Both the position numbers and the translations under genes were made by a program. Of a stretch of 56,112 nt of DNA, positions 8,027 through 15,810 are shown in pieces. Position 1 is the stretch's first letter. The number at the start of each line of letters is the position of its first letter. The stretch lies in IMG/VR virus record IMGVR_UViG_3300020603_000019, positions 1 to 56,112 of that record. One strand, given 5' to 3'. A model generated the notes under the pieces. The model was not told the DNA's origin. It made no database searches and saw nothing but the letters and a program-made list of their open reading frames with translations. Source of the stretch: a virus. Lineage: Duplodnaviria > Caudoviricetes.

Positions 8027-8346
8027 TATTTTGTATCCTGCGGTTTGTATCTTTTTACACCAAGAGTTCTATTGCCTACATTGCCGCCTAATAATTTACG
8101 GCGGCCTGTGTGTGTTAGTGTCAGCGTGCGGATGCGCTCTGTGTCTAGGTCAAGCATATCGCAAATCCAATTAAATGAACGTTCTTTTTCAGAAAAACTG
8201 TGTAAGTAATCTAAGGCTTCGTACCTTTCTTCTTTGTTGTCTACGTCTCGTATAGCTTGTAAAAGAACACTGGCCCATAGGGCACGGTAATTAGTATTAG
8301 CTCTAAGTATTTTATCCTCTTCAAAGTCATATTGGGTCTGGTACAT
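8026..8346 (-). CDS. Conserved phage hypothetical protein
   Basis: LWASVLLQAIRD...SFNWICDMLDLD pattern is common in phage proteins of unknown function. Confidence 0.7.
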   Translation of the reverse strand: MYQTQYDFEEDKILRANTNYRALWASVLLQAIRDVDNKEERYEALDYLHSFSEKERSFNWICDMLDLDTERIRTLTLTHTGRRKLLGGNVGNRTLGVKRYKPQDTK

Positions 8347-8377
8347 AGCAATTGCCTATTTTCTAAACTAGTTACAT

Positions 8378-8419
8378 AAAAAAAGCCCCCTACCCGGTTC
8401 AGGAGTAGGAGGCTTTTTT
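8378..8419. terminator. Bidirectional intrinsic terminator
   Basis: A7-GCCCCCTAC...GTAGGAGGC-T6, downstream of 8479..9123. Confidence 0.75.
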
Positions 8420-8478
8420 GGTTGCTTTTTGTCAAGGCAACAACCGGCCTTTCCTCAACCTCATTGGTTGTTGGTTAA

Positions 8479-9123
8479 TTACGCAGCACGGAGCTGCTTC
8501 ATGAAGTCACTCACTTCGTTTGCTTCCTGTTCCTCTTGGAGACGGGAGACAATCGAGTCCATAACAGGCATGGCTTCGTGGAAGTTTTCACAAGTCTTGT
8601 CCACGTACCAGTTGCCGTGCTCGTCGCGTGTGCGTTGTTCGAACACGTAGAGCGGGCTGATGTCGGTGAGATACGCCATCTTGGCAGCCAGAAGTGACTG
8701 CAGTTTGTTCAGTGCAATGAAGTCACTGTCAACAAGCGACGGAATGTGCTCGTTGCTGGCGTAGACACCTACCCAGTCACCGACGTCTTGCGAGAAGTCG
8801 ATGCCGTTGCCGAGGTCAGGCTTGTCGTTTGCAATGTACAGACGACGCGCTGCCCAACAGACGCCATTCATCACGGACTGAACGAAAGTGAGAAGACGCT
8901 CCGGCTTGAACGGAGGTCCTTCGACCGGAACGCCCTGCTCCAGTTCCGCACGAACTGCGGCCTGGCGCTGACGCTGCAAGCTGAAGAACGCAAGAGCAAT
9001 ACGCTCGAGCGGGTCGTTTGCTTGCTGCGACTCGACGAACTTGGCGATGGTGCCAATGGTTGTGTTTTTCTCGGACATATAGCCGATGACATTGGGGATG
9101 AAGCTTTGGTCTTTAACAGTCAT
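8479..9123 (-). CDS. Hypothetical protein (early)
   Basis: 214-aa ORF with AGGT SD, followed by a terminator. Confidence 0.8.
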   Translation of the reverse strand: MTVKDQSFIPNVIGYMSEKNTTIGTIAKFVESQQANDPLERIALAFFSLQRQRQAAVRAELEQGVPVEGPPFKPERLLTFVQSVMNGVCWAARRLYIANDKPDLGNGIDFSQDVGDWVGVYASNEHIPSLVDSDFIALNKLQSLLAAKMAYLTDISPLYVFEQRTRDEHGNWYVDKTCENFHEAMPVMDSIVSRLQEEQEANEVSDFMKQLRAA

Positions 9124-9142
9124 TTGAGTTACCTGTGGTTGA

Positions 9143-9307
9143 TTAGTAGTACTTAGTTTCGTTAGTCAGATCGTTAGTCCGACTAATATCCTCGAGCGTA
9201 GATTCGAGATCTACGTCCGATGATTCGTGGTCCGTCAGCTGGTGTTCGTAGTCAGTGAACAAGTCCCAGTTGACAGTGTTGAAATTGAGTGGATTGCGCT
9301 CACGCAT
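9143..9307 (-). CDS. Small acidic protein (54 aa, not in ORF track)
   Basis: MRERNPLNFNTVNWDLFTDYEHQLTDHESSDVDLESTLEDISRTNDLTNETKYY; GGAG SD. Confidence 0.5.
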   Translation of the reverse strand: MRERNPLNFNTVNWDLFTDYEHQLTDHESSDVDLESTLEDISRTNDLTNETKYY

Positions 9308-9309
9308 GG

Positions 9310-9477
9310 TTATTCTCCAAGTTCGTCGATGTCGTTTTCTATATCGATTAGTAGGATAAGTGTGATTGCGAGCAATACGTCTGAAGGATGTTGAACACAG
9401 TAGTTAGTAAACTGTTTAGCTTTGTTGAACAGTTGTTCGAAGGTTGATTGTGGGATGGGTAGTGGTAGCTGTTTCAT
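9310..9477 (-). CDS. Hypothetical early protein
   Basis: ATG at 9477 with AAGGA SD; first gene after hairpin element 1. Confidence 0.65.
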   Translation of the reverse strand: MKQLPLPIPQSTFEQLFNKAKQFTNYCVQHPSDVLLAITLILLIDIENDIDELGE

Positions 9478-9511
9478 AGTTAGTAGTCCTTGATTAAAGA
9501 ACAAAAATAAT

Positions 9512-9540
9512 ACTGACCGCGAGACGCGAAGCGTCGAGCG
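9512..9540 (+). promoter_or_regulatory. Hairpin element 1 (putative early promoter, template-strand hairpin)
   Basis: ACTGAC-CGC-GA-GACGC-GAA-GCGTC-GA-GCG; one of three copies. Confidence 0.6.
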
Positions 9541-9744
9541 TTATGTCCAACGGGCTATGTAGAGACCTACAATTATGCCAATAGAAAATACAAGTATTTC
9601 TGCAAGTATTAAAGTGTTTTCTAGTTTGAACTTCTTATCATTCAGATCACTTATGGTTTTGTTGAGGCGGGTTATTTCGGCGTGGTTAGAAGCTACTAAA
9701 GCTTCGTAGTGAGAAATAATCGACTCTTTTTCGTAAGGGTTCAT
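9541..9744 (-). CDS. Small coiled-coil plus C-terminal TM protein
   Basis: ATGA overlap with the upstream gene; hydrophobic C-terminus. Confidence 0.65.
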   Translation of the reverse strand: MNPYEKESIISHYEALVASNHAEITRLNKTISDLNDKKFKLENTLILAEILVFSIGIIVGLYIARWT

Positions 9745-10076
9745 GGGGATTTCTCCACCTTATTGGTAAATGTCCAGCGTGCCCAGGACGCGTGGTCTGC
9801 GGCATCGTCTTCGGTCAAGAAGTAATCCGACGTGCGGTCGTACGGCTCGTACCGCCATTGCCCGCAAGAAGCGTCGTAGTTGTAGCAACAGCGTCCTACG
9901 TACCAACCTACTCCGCTTTTCATGGGCAGTTCTGGGCTAACTGCACAGAAGTTTGGTGCAGGGTCCTTGATGTTATCAAGGACGTACTCGTAGAACTCAG
10001 CGATGGTAGTGGCAGGAACGTCGTCGTAATAGATGATGCTAGAAGCTGTTGGGGCGATTTGTCCTATCGGGAACAT
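9741..10076 (-). CDS. Hypothetical protein
   Basis: GGAG SD; SGVGWYVG...EPYDRTSDYF pattern. Confidence 0.7.
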   Translation of the reverse strand: MFPIGQIAPTASSIIYYDDVPATTIAEFYEYVLDNIKDPAPNFCAVSPELPMKSGVGWYVGRCCYNYDASCGQWRYEPYDRTSDYFLTEDDAADHASWARWTFTNKVEKSP

Positions 10077-10317
10077 TGGTTGGCTCCGTCTTTTTGGTTA
10101 CGTTGATTGGTTCGATGACATCGGATATTCGGATGATGAGCCTGTGCCAACCTCTTTGGTTGTCACAAGCCATCTTGTAGAGAACTTCGTAGGGCTTTCC
10201 AAGGACGGATAGCTCATCGGTTTCTACATTGGCGATCTGGGCAAGCCTTGCGAGTGAGACGCGCAGGTTGACCAGGTCGCGTTGTGCTTGGCTGTCTATA
10301 GTTTGGGTTTTGAACAC
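10039..10317 (-). CDS. Hypothetical protein
   Basis: Likely GTG start at 10317 with GAGG SD; the longer ORF-track start overlaps the upstream gene. Confidence 0.6.
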   Translation of the reverse strand: MFKTQTIDSQAQRDLVNLRVSLARLAQIANVETDELSVLGKPYEVLYKMACDNQRGWHRLIIRISDVIEPINVTKKTEPTNVPDRTNRPNSF

Positions 10318-10327
10318 TGTTGTTACC

Positions 10328-10564
10328 TCAGTCGGTGTACACGGTGACTTCGAGTTCGCCGTTGGCGAACGCGCGGACCTCGCCACCGAAGTGGCCGGGG
10401 TGTTTCTCGCCTTTCTCGATCGATGCCCACTGGTCATCGGTTAGTTCACCGTTGTTATCGACAAGGGTGACAATGCGATAGTCCGAGTACGCCATCTCGT
10501 GTGGCTCGAGGCGCACGCGATGGATGTTTTTGTTATAGGCGGAAGTTCTGGATATGAATTTCAT
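10328..10564 (-). CDS. Hypothetical early protein
   Basis: GAGG SD; first gene after hairpin element 2. Confidence 0.7.
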   Translation of the reverse strand: MKFISRTSAYNKNIHRVRLEPHEMAYSDYRIVTLVDNNGELTDDQWASIEKGEKHPGHFGGEVRAFANGELEVTVYTD

Positions 10565-10610
10565 GGTTAGCTAACCTCGTTGGCTAATTGATTAAAGTGC
10601 ACAAATGGAC

Positions 10611-10639
10611 ACTGATCACGAAGCGCGAAGCGATGAGCG
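10611..10639 (+). promoter_or_regulatory. Hairpin element 2 (degenerate copy)
   Basis: ACTGAT-CAC-GA-AGCGC-GAA-GCGAT-GA-GCG. Confidence 0.55.
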
Positions 10640-11140
10640 TGGTCCGTGGTTAGTGATTAGTGGTTAGTGGCCACTAGTATAAAAATGGTACAACTACTGG
10701 ATATACAACCAGTAGTGTGTGCAGGGAACAGTCAAATGTGTGCAGCAAACAGGGGTATGTGTGCTGCAATAAAGTTGTTGTGTGCAGTAATTTTTCCTTA
10801 TTTATCAGTTGTGTGCAGTGTGTGCAGTCATTTTTATGTACTAAACAAAAAAGAGCATGTCTCTTAAAAAAATGTGTTGGTTTCCCAGAGAAACTGGAAA
10901 CCCCCCCTTTTCAGAGCACACAGTGTTAAGTGCTTGTTTTTACTGGAAAGTTTAGTGCACACATTTCCAGCACACATCGCACACACTGTTGTTTTCATAC
11001 AACAGAGCCACGTCGGGCCTTTTGTGCACGGTCCACGGTGCACGCTTCACTGGCCACGATTCACGATTCACGGTCCACGGGGCACGTGCACGTAGCCGTT
11101 GAACCGAGGTTAAAGAGCCACGGATCGTGGTCCGTGGCTC
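10638..11140. repeat. Repeat-rich non-coding region, candidate replication origin
   Basis: TGTGTGC at 10716, 10737, 10758, 10779, 10810, 10819; inverted GCACACA at 10916, 10957, 10970, 10979; A/T-rich core; flanking 7-bp-period CACG arrays. Confidence 0.7.
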
Positions 11141-11151
11141 TTGGTTAACGG

Positions 11152-11394
11152 CTATTGGTCACGGGCACCGAAGGTTGAACCATACTTCTTGAGCATGCGC
11201 TCACGACGACGACGTGCGAAGAACTTGTAGACGTCCTCAATCGCTAGTTCAAGGGCGACAACTATGCCGCCCAGGATGAGGCCTAGCATGAAGATAGGTA
11301 GGGAGAAGATAAGTCCGACGACAGTCAGGACAATGGCAACACAGACGAGGAAGTTAACGGTAAAGCGAGACAACATGGTAGGTACTCCGTACAT
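11152..11394 (-). CDS. Small membrane protein
   Basis: Long hydrophobic segment followed by an Arg-rich tail. Confidence 0.6.
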   Translation of the reverse strand: MYGVPTMLSRFTVNFLVCVAIVLTVVGLIFSLPIFMLGLILGGIVVALELAIEDVYKFFARRRRERMLKKYGSTFGARDQ

Positions 11395-11429
11395 AGGATG
11401 GGGAGGTTGGAGGTCCCTCCCCGATGGGA

Positions 11430-11702
11430 TTAGGCAATGGCCTGCTCGATGGCTTCAGGCTGCTGGAGCTGATCGAAGTTGAGCTGCTCCTGAACAGGGG
11501 GCTGAAGGGTGAGCCGGTGGCTGAGATATGGTTTGCCTGCTTTGCTGGTGTTGAGCCAGGTAGATACTCTGTAGATACCAGGCTGAGTGACGTGTACGAG
11601 ACCGACGTACTGCGGATCTTGCTTGTCGGGGCGACGAGCGTTGGCGAAGGATGTGCCGGTGTTGGCGGCGGGTATACGAGGAGCGTTGGTTGAAATAGAC
11701 AT
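11430..11702 (-). CDS. DUF736-like putative ssDNA-binding (OB-fold) protein
   Basis: PQYVG...STWLNTSKAGKPYLS resembles the P.Y.G...W...sk.Gk.YLS pattern; strong GGAGG SD. Confidence 0.55.
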   Translation of the reverse strand: MSISTNAPRIPAANTGTSFANARRPDKQDPQYVGLVHVTQPGIYRVSTWLNTSKAGKPYLSHRLTLQPPVQEQLNFDQLQQPEAIEQAIA

Positions 11703-11725
11703 TGATGTGCCCTCCTGGGCTGGTT
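11698..11725 (-). repeat. 28-bp duplicated translation-initiation region, copy 1
   Basis: AACCAGCCCAGGAGGGCACATCAATGTC, identical to 12144-12171. Confidence 0.9.
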
Positions 11726-11729
11726 GAGA

Positions 11730-11906
11730 TTAGTGACCTTTAGTTTCAGCTAGGGTGCCCATAACTGCGCAGAGAGTTGTACAGAGAATCCCTGCAAATA
11801 CTGCTTGACCATAGATCGAGTCGTTAGGGTTAGAAGCGAACAGAATCCAGCCGGTTAGGAACAGATTAAAAACGGTTGAAAGATGCATTGCTGTTGAAAG
11901 TTTCAC
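11730..11906 (-). CDS. Small 2-TM membrane protein (58 aa, not in ORF track)
   Basis: MKLSTAMHLSTVFNLFLTGWILFASNPNDSIYGQAVFAGILCTTLCAVMGTLAETKGH from GTG, AGGGA SD. Confidence 0.5.
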   Translation of the reverse strand: MKLSTAMHLSTVFNLFLTGWILFASNPNDSIYGQAVFAGILCTTLCAVMGTLAETKGH

Positions 11907-11974
11907 GATAGTTCCCTGTGTTTAGTTGAGATTGAAGGAGAGCAGTTTTACGTCATGCTCAGGACAGTGATTGA

Positions 11975-12148
11975 TTAGTCGAGGATTTCTGTAAGAGTGA
12001 GTAAGCCGAGAAGGATGTTGGTCGTGTGCTGCGGATTCTCCTTGGCAGCAGTCACGAGGTTGGATGCTTGAGCTTGCACCTTATCCATTGTGCTGGGCTC
12101 AGTGGCCTGTTGCTCGTTGGTAGTGGTCTGGTTGTTTATGTCTGACAT
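11975..12148 (-). CDS. First early gene, hypothetical (57 aa, not in ORF track)
   Basis: MSDINNQTTTNEQQATEPSTMDKVQAQASNLVTAAKENPQHTTNILLGLLTLTEILD; GGAGG SD. Confidence 0.65.
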   Translation of the reverse strand: MSDINNQTTTNEQQATEPSTMDKVQAQASNLVTAAKENPQHTTNILLGLLTLTEILD

Positions 12149-12171
12149 TGATGTGCCCTCCTGGGCTGGTT
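12144..12171 (-). repeat. 28-bp duplicated translation-initiation region, copy 2
   Basis: Identical to 11698-11725. Confidence 0.9.
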
Positions 12172-12193
12172 ATTGAACATATACACAATAATT

Positions 12194-12222
12194 ACTGACC
12201 GCGAATCGCGAAGCGATGAGCG
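12194..12222 (+). promoter_or_regulatory. Hairpin element 3
   Basis: ACTGAC-CGC-GA-ATCGC-GAA-GCGAT-GA-GCG; compensatory changes relative to copy 1. Confidence 0.6.
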
Positions 12223-12484
12223 TCCGGGGTTACTGGGCGACAAGGTTCCAAGAACACGATGAAAACAAGGTTCCAAGATCTGGATTCCGGGGATCGGGGG
12301 TCCTAGCTCTGGGAGAGGGGAGAGAATGTGTGAGCAGTATAGATAGGGTTTTTGAGTCACCCCCTCCCCACCATCGAAAAGTGAAATCCAAAAATTTTTT
12401 TGCAAAATTTTTTCTGGCATACTCTGGCGACTCTGTTGACGCAGGGGGTCGGCAATCGACTCTTCAACAGACCACGAACCACGA

Positions 12485-12967
12485 ATGGAGAACCCCATAA
12501 CGTGCGTTAGGTGCAAGAAGTCGTTGCCACCGGACCAGTTCAATAGGCACTCGCGCAACAGGGGCGAGATCAAACGCAGCTACTGTCGCGCCTGTGCCAA
12601 GGCCCTCGACCGTAAAACACGGTCCTCTGGCTATGAAACCTATCTCCGGTACTTAATTCGTAAGAACAAGTCCTCGAGCACGGAACGTGGTATCTCTGAT
12701 TACACGATCACGGCGGAGTCCTTGAAGGAACTGTGGGAGAAGCAGGGGGGTAAGTGCGCAATATCCGGCGTCATCCTTACCCATCACCTGGACGGAACGG
12801 GGCGTAAGGAGTTCAACGCCAGCATCGACCGGATAGATAGCCAGCTAGGCTACGTCCCTGGTAACGTTCAGCTCGTTGCCTATCGTGCGAATGTGTTAAA
12901 AAACGACCTTGGGCTCGACATGCTTTATTGGTGGGTTAAGACAATTTACCAATACTCTTGTGATTGA
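12485..12967 (+). CDS. HNH-type endonuclease with N-terminal zinc finger
   Basis: CVRC...CRAC; QGGKCAISG...SIDRIDSQLGYVPGNVQLV...N. Confidence 0.8.
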   Translation: MENPITCVRCKKSLPPDQFNRHSRNRGEIKRSYCRACAKALDRKTRSSGYETYLRYLIRKNKSSSTERGISDYTITAESLKELWEKQGGKCAISGVILTHHLDGTGRKEFNASIDRIDSQLGYVPGNVQLVAYRANVLKNDLGLDMLYWWVKTIYQYSCD

Positions 12968-12986
12968 GCATTAGGGGGGCTAATAT
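12958..12986 (+). promoter_or_regulatory. Sigma70-like promoter overlapped by ATTAG-N5-CTAAT palindrome
   Basis: TTGTGA-17-TAATAT; palindrome at 12970-12984. Confidence 0.5.
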
Positions 12987-12988
12987 AA

Positions 12989-13267
12989 ATGCTGCAAAAA
13001 GTCCAGGTCTTTGCTATAGAGGGCTTTGAAGCGGCCGTTATTGGTACCGCCATTAGGGGCGGGAACGAGGTGCTGGTGTACGACGGTTATCTGGCCGAGG
13101 CCATTGCCCTCGGTCTGGAGCCTAAGGCCGCCAGCCTCAAAGAGTATTTAATGAAGATTGAGCTCGGCAAGCTTGGAGATAAGGCACCAGTTTTCGTGTT
13201 CTTGGATGTAATAAACGTTGGAGACAGTACCGACTCCGTCAGAGAACCAGGAACTCCAGTCCACTGA
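12989..13267 (+). CDS. Hypothetical protein
   Basis: GFEAAVIG...LVYD...GDKAPVF pattern common in aquatic phages. Confidence 0.7.
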   Translation: MLQKVQVFAIEGFEAAVIGTAIRGGNEVLVYDGYLAEAIALGLEPKAASLKEYLMKIELGKLGDKAPVFVFLDVINVGDSTDSVREPGTPVH

Positions 13268-13730
13268 ACAGGTAGAACTCCAGTCATTCATGCCCTACAT
13301 GGGGCTGTCACTGGGGGATCTAACTGCTCAGCAGGAGCGTCTTGTTCTTTATATGTCTCGTGGCATGACGACGGCAGCGGCCGGTCGTGCTGCGGGGTAT
13401 ACGACTCCGCAAGCCGCATACGATGCGGCGAAGCGCCCGGCCGTGGTCAAAGCGTTGAACTACTTTAGGGAGCAGTTCCGTGAAGAGGTGCATTTTACCA
13501 GAGTCCATGCGCACTCGATGTATCTGGATGCGTACAACTCTGCAGCGACGTCTACCGAGATGAAGAACGCGACCGACTCATTAGTCAAGCTCCACGGTTT
13601 GGCGGCTCCGGACCACGCGACGCAGATCAACATCAACGTGACACCGGCCCACATGGAACGGATGTCTGATGAGGATCTGCTGAAGCTGGTCGGTAGAGAC
13701 GAGAAGTATCTGGAGCCTGACTCCACTTGA
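13218..13730 (+). CDS. terS: Terminase small subunit (putative)
   Basis: LTAQQE...TTAAAGRAAGY HTH-like N-terminus, KLHGL C-terminal motif, directly before terL. Confidence 0.7.
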   Translation: METVPTPSENQELQSTEQVELQSFMPYMGLSLGDLTAQQERLVLYMSRGMTTAAAGRAAGYTTPQAAYDAAKRPAVVKALNYFREQFREEVHFTRVHAHSMYLDAYNSAATSTEMKNATDSLVKLHGLAAPDHATQININVTPAHMERMSDEDLLKLVGRDEKYLEPDST

Positions 13731-15388
13731 TAGAAGAGATTCCAACTCGCAAGTGCAGACGGTGCAGGAACCTGCATCCTGTAACCTTGTTTGCGAGCGA
13801 GGTGGAGGGGATATGTGTCTATTGTAAAGCTGATCGTGCAGAAGCATTACCGGACCCCGCCTTGCATAAAGATACGCACAGAAATATGGGGGAGGTGGAG
13901 CTTAGCGTTGAAGAAAGGGCAAAACGGGAACTAGCGTTCCGGTTACTCGCTCGAAAGAGATTACTGCCCTTCGTCGAAAAATACAATACAGACTACGTTG
14001 CAGGGTGGGTGCACAAAGATGTTTGTAAACGACTTGAACAATTTTCTCGGGACGTGGTGGACCAAAAGTCGCCGCGCCTTATGCTCTTTATGCCGCCGCG
14101 TCATGGAAAGTCGACACTTGCGTCAGTGGCATTCCCGGCTTGGCATCTGGGGCGTAATCCTGAACACGAATTTATTAGTTGTTCGTATTCAGGCTCGCTT
14201 GCGATGGGTTTTTCTCGGAAGGTTCGTCAAGTATTACGTGAGCCTACCTATAAAGCGATATTCAAGACGCGTCTGGATCCGGATAGTCAAAGCGCGGAAG
14301 CGTGGCTGACTACTGCTGGCGGCGGTTACGTCGCAGCAGGTGTCGGCGGCGGTATCACGGGTAAAGGCGCGCACGTTCTTGTGGTCGACGACCCCGTCAA
14401 GAACCGCGAGGACGCTGAAAGCCAGAACAATCGCGACGCGAACTGGGATTGGTATACATCAACCGCGTACACACGTCTCGCGCCAGGCGGCGGTGTGCTC
14501 GTCATTCTTACGAGGTGGCACGATGATGACTTGGCTGGAAGACTTCTTAAAGCGGGTATTCAAGGTGGAGACGAGTGGGAAGTCGTTAGATATCCCGCCA
14601 TCGCCGAAGACGACGAAGAGTTCCGAAAAACCGGTGAAGCGCTCCACCCGGAAAGGTACGACGTCGATTCGCTCCGCCGCATCGAAAAAGCGGTAGGTCC
14701 TCGAGACTGGTCTGCGCTCTATCAGCAGAATCCTGTCGCCGACGACGGTCAGTACTTCACCAGAACGATGGTGCAGTACTACGATGCCGACGAGATCGAC
14801 CGCGAAGAGATGCGGTACTACTGTGCCTGGGACCTCGCGATCGGTAAGAACGACCGCAACGATTACAGCGTCGGCCTTGTCGTTGGTATCGACGAAGACG
14901 ATCACATGTATGTAATGGACTGTGTCCGTGGTCGTTGGGATGGCTTCGAGATCGTCGAGCGGATACTCGATCTCTACGAGCAGTGGAAGCCGTCGATCAT
15001 TGGCATTGAAAAAGGTCACATCGAAATGGCCCTCGGTCCGTTCCTCGAGAAGCGTGTGCGTGAGCGCGGGCTCTATGAGGCGTACTTCAAAGATCTGAAG
15101 ACTGGGCGGCGTGACAAGGAGGCTCGAGCCCGAGCCATTCAGGGACGTATGCAGCAGGGCATGGTGTTCTTCCCGAGGGAAGCAGCATTCTCTGGGCCGC
15201 TCATCGCTGAGTTGCTGCGGTTCCCAAATGGTATGCATGATGACCAAGTCGACGCGTTGGCGTGGATTGGTCTCATGATGACAGAGTTTACTACGTATCA
15301 AGCTCCTGTTGTTCGCGAGCCCTCTTGGCGGGATAGGCTCATAGCTATTGCTCGTGGACCGCGCCAAAAGTCCGCGATGAGTGCTTAA
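13727..15388 (+). CDS. terL: Terminase large subunit
   Basis: MPPRHGKS Walker A, VVDDPVK Walker B, TRWHDDD, YQQNP, AWDLA and HDDQVDA nuclease motifs. Confidence 0.96.
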   Translation: MIEEIPTRKCRRCRNLHPVTLFASEVEGICVYCKADRAEALPDPALHKDTHRNMGEVELSVEERAKRELAFRLLARKRLLPFVEKYNTDYVAGWVHKDVCKRLEQFSRDVVDQKSPRLMLFMPPRHGKSTLASVAFPAWHLGRNPEHEFISCSYSGSLAMGFSRKVRQVLREPTYKAIFKTRLDPDSQSAEAWLTTAGGGYVAAGVGGGITGKGAHVLVVDDPVKNREDAESQNNRDANWDWYTSTAYTRLAPGGGVLVILTRWHDDDLAGRLLKAGIQGGDEWEVVRYPAIAEDDEEFRKTGEALHPERYDVDSLRRIEKAVGPRDWSALYQQNPVADDGQYFTRTMVQYYDADEIDREEMRYYCAWDLAIGKNDRNDYSVGLVVGIDEDDHMYVMDCVRGRWDGFEIVERILDLYEQWKPSIIGIEKGHIEMALGPFLEKRVRERGLYEAYFKDLKTGRRDKEARARAIQGRMQQGMVFFPREAAFSGPLIAELLRFPNGMHDDQVDALAWIGLMMTEFTTYQAPVVREPSWRDRLIAIARGPRQKSAMSA

Positions 15389-15390
15389 CC

Positions 15391-15804
15391 GTGGCAACAC
15401 CTAAAGTCACTGTTACTTCCTACGAAGATTGGAAGAGTAAGTACGGGTTTCAGGAGAGCCCGGACTATAACTTGAAGGCTGCGTTTGAAGCCGGACTAGA
15501 TCCGGAGATGAACTCGGGAGATGGCAAGTTCCACTTATCAGATCGGTTCAAGCTGCCGACTCACCCTACTTATTCGACAGACAGTGACTATTCAAGATCA
15601 AAAGGAGCGCCTCCAGCAGGACGTTGGGAAGGTAGCGAAGAAAAGGGATGGACGTTCTACGCCAGCCCTCAAAACATTAAAAATCTCGGCGGCGAGAAAC
15701 AATATCTAGCTTGGTGGGAAAAGAACGAGCCAGGGGTAAAGCTCGTGCTTCCTCAACAACCGTCACTTAGACAGTTGCCTGTTTTACCCCGTCTCACACG
15801 GTAA
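15391..15804 (+). CDS. Hypothetical protein (YNL...H.SD.FKLP.HPT.S motif)
   Basis: ORF fills the terL-portal gap; conserved-looking motif. Confidence 0.7.
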   Translation: MATPKVTVTSYEDWKSKYGFQESPDYNLKAAFEAGLDPEMNSGDGKFHLSDRFKLPTHPTYSTDSDYSRSKGAPPAGRWEGSEEKGWTFYASPQNIKNLGGEKQYLAWWEKNEPGVKLVLPQQPSLRQLPVLPRLTR

Positions 15805-15810
15805 ACCATT

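Noticed and set aside
10638-11140. CRISPR array
   Set aside because: Repeats are 7-9 bp with no 25-45 bp unique spacers and no cas operon; the PD-(D/E)XK nuclease is a normal phage replication gene.
10667-11148. Plus-strand ORFs 10667..10867, 10717..10929, 10874..11095, 10930..11148
   Set aside because: Cys/His-rich translations of repeats, opposite to the local gene direction, no SD.
12136-12573. ORFs 12136..12573 (-) and 12216..12500 (+)
   Set aside because: They span hairpin 3 and low-complexity tracts and overlap better-supported genes.
14459-15400. 313-aa antisense ORF within terL
   Set aside because: Shadow ORF from codon bias; no recognisable motifs.
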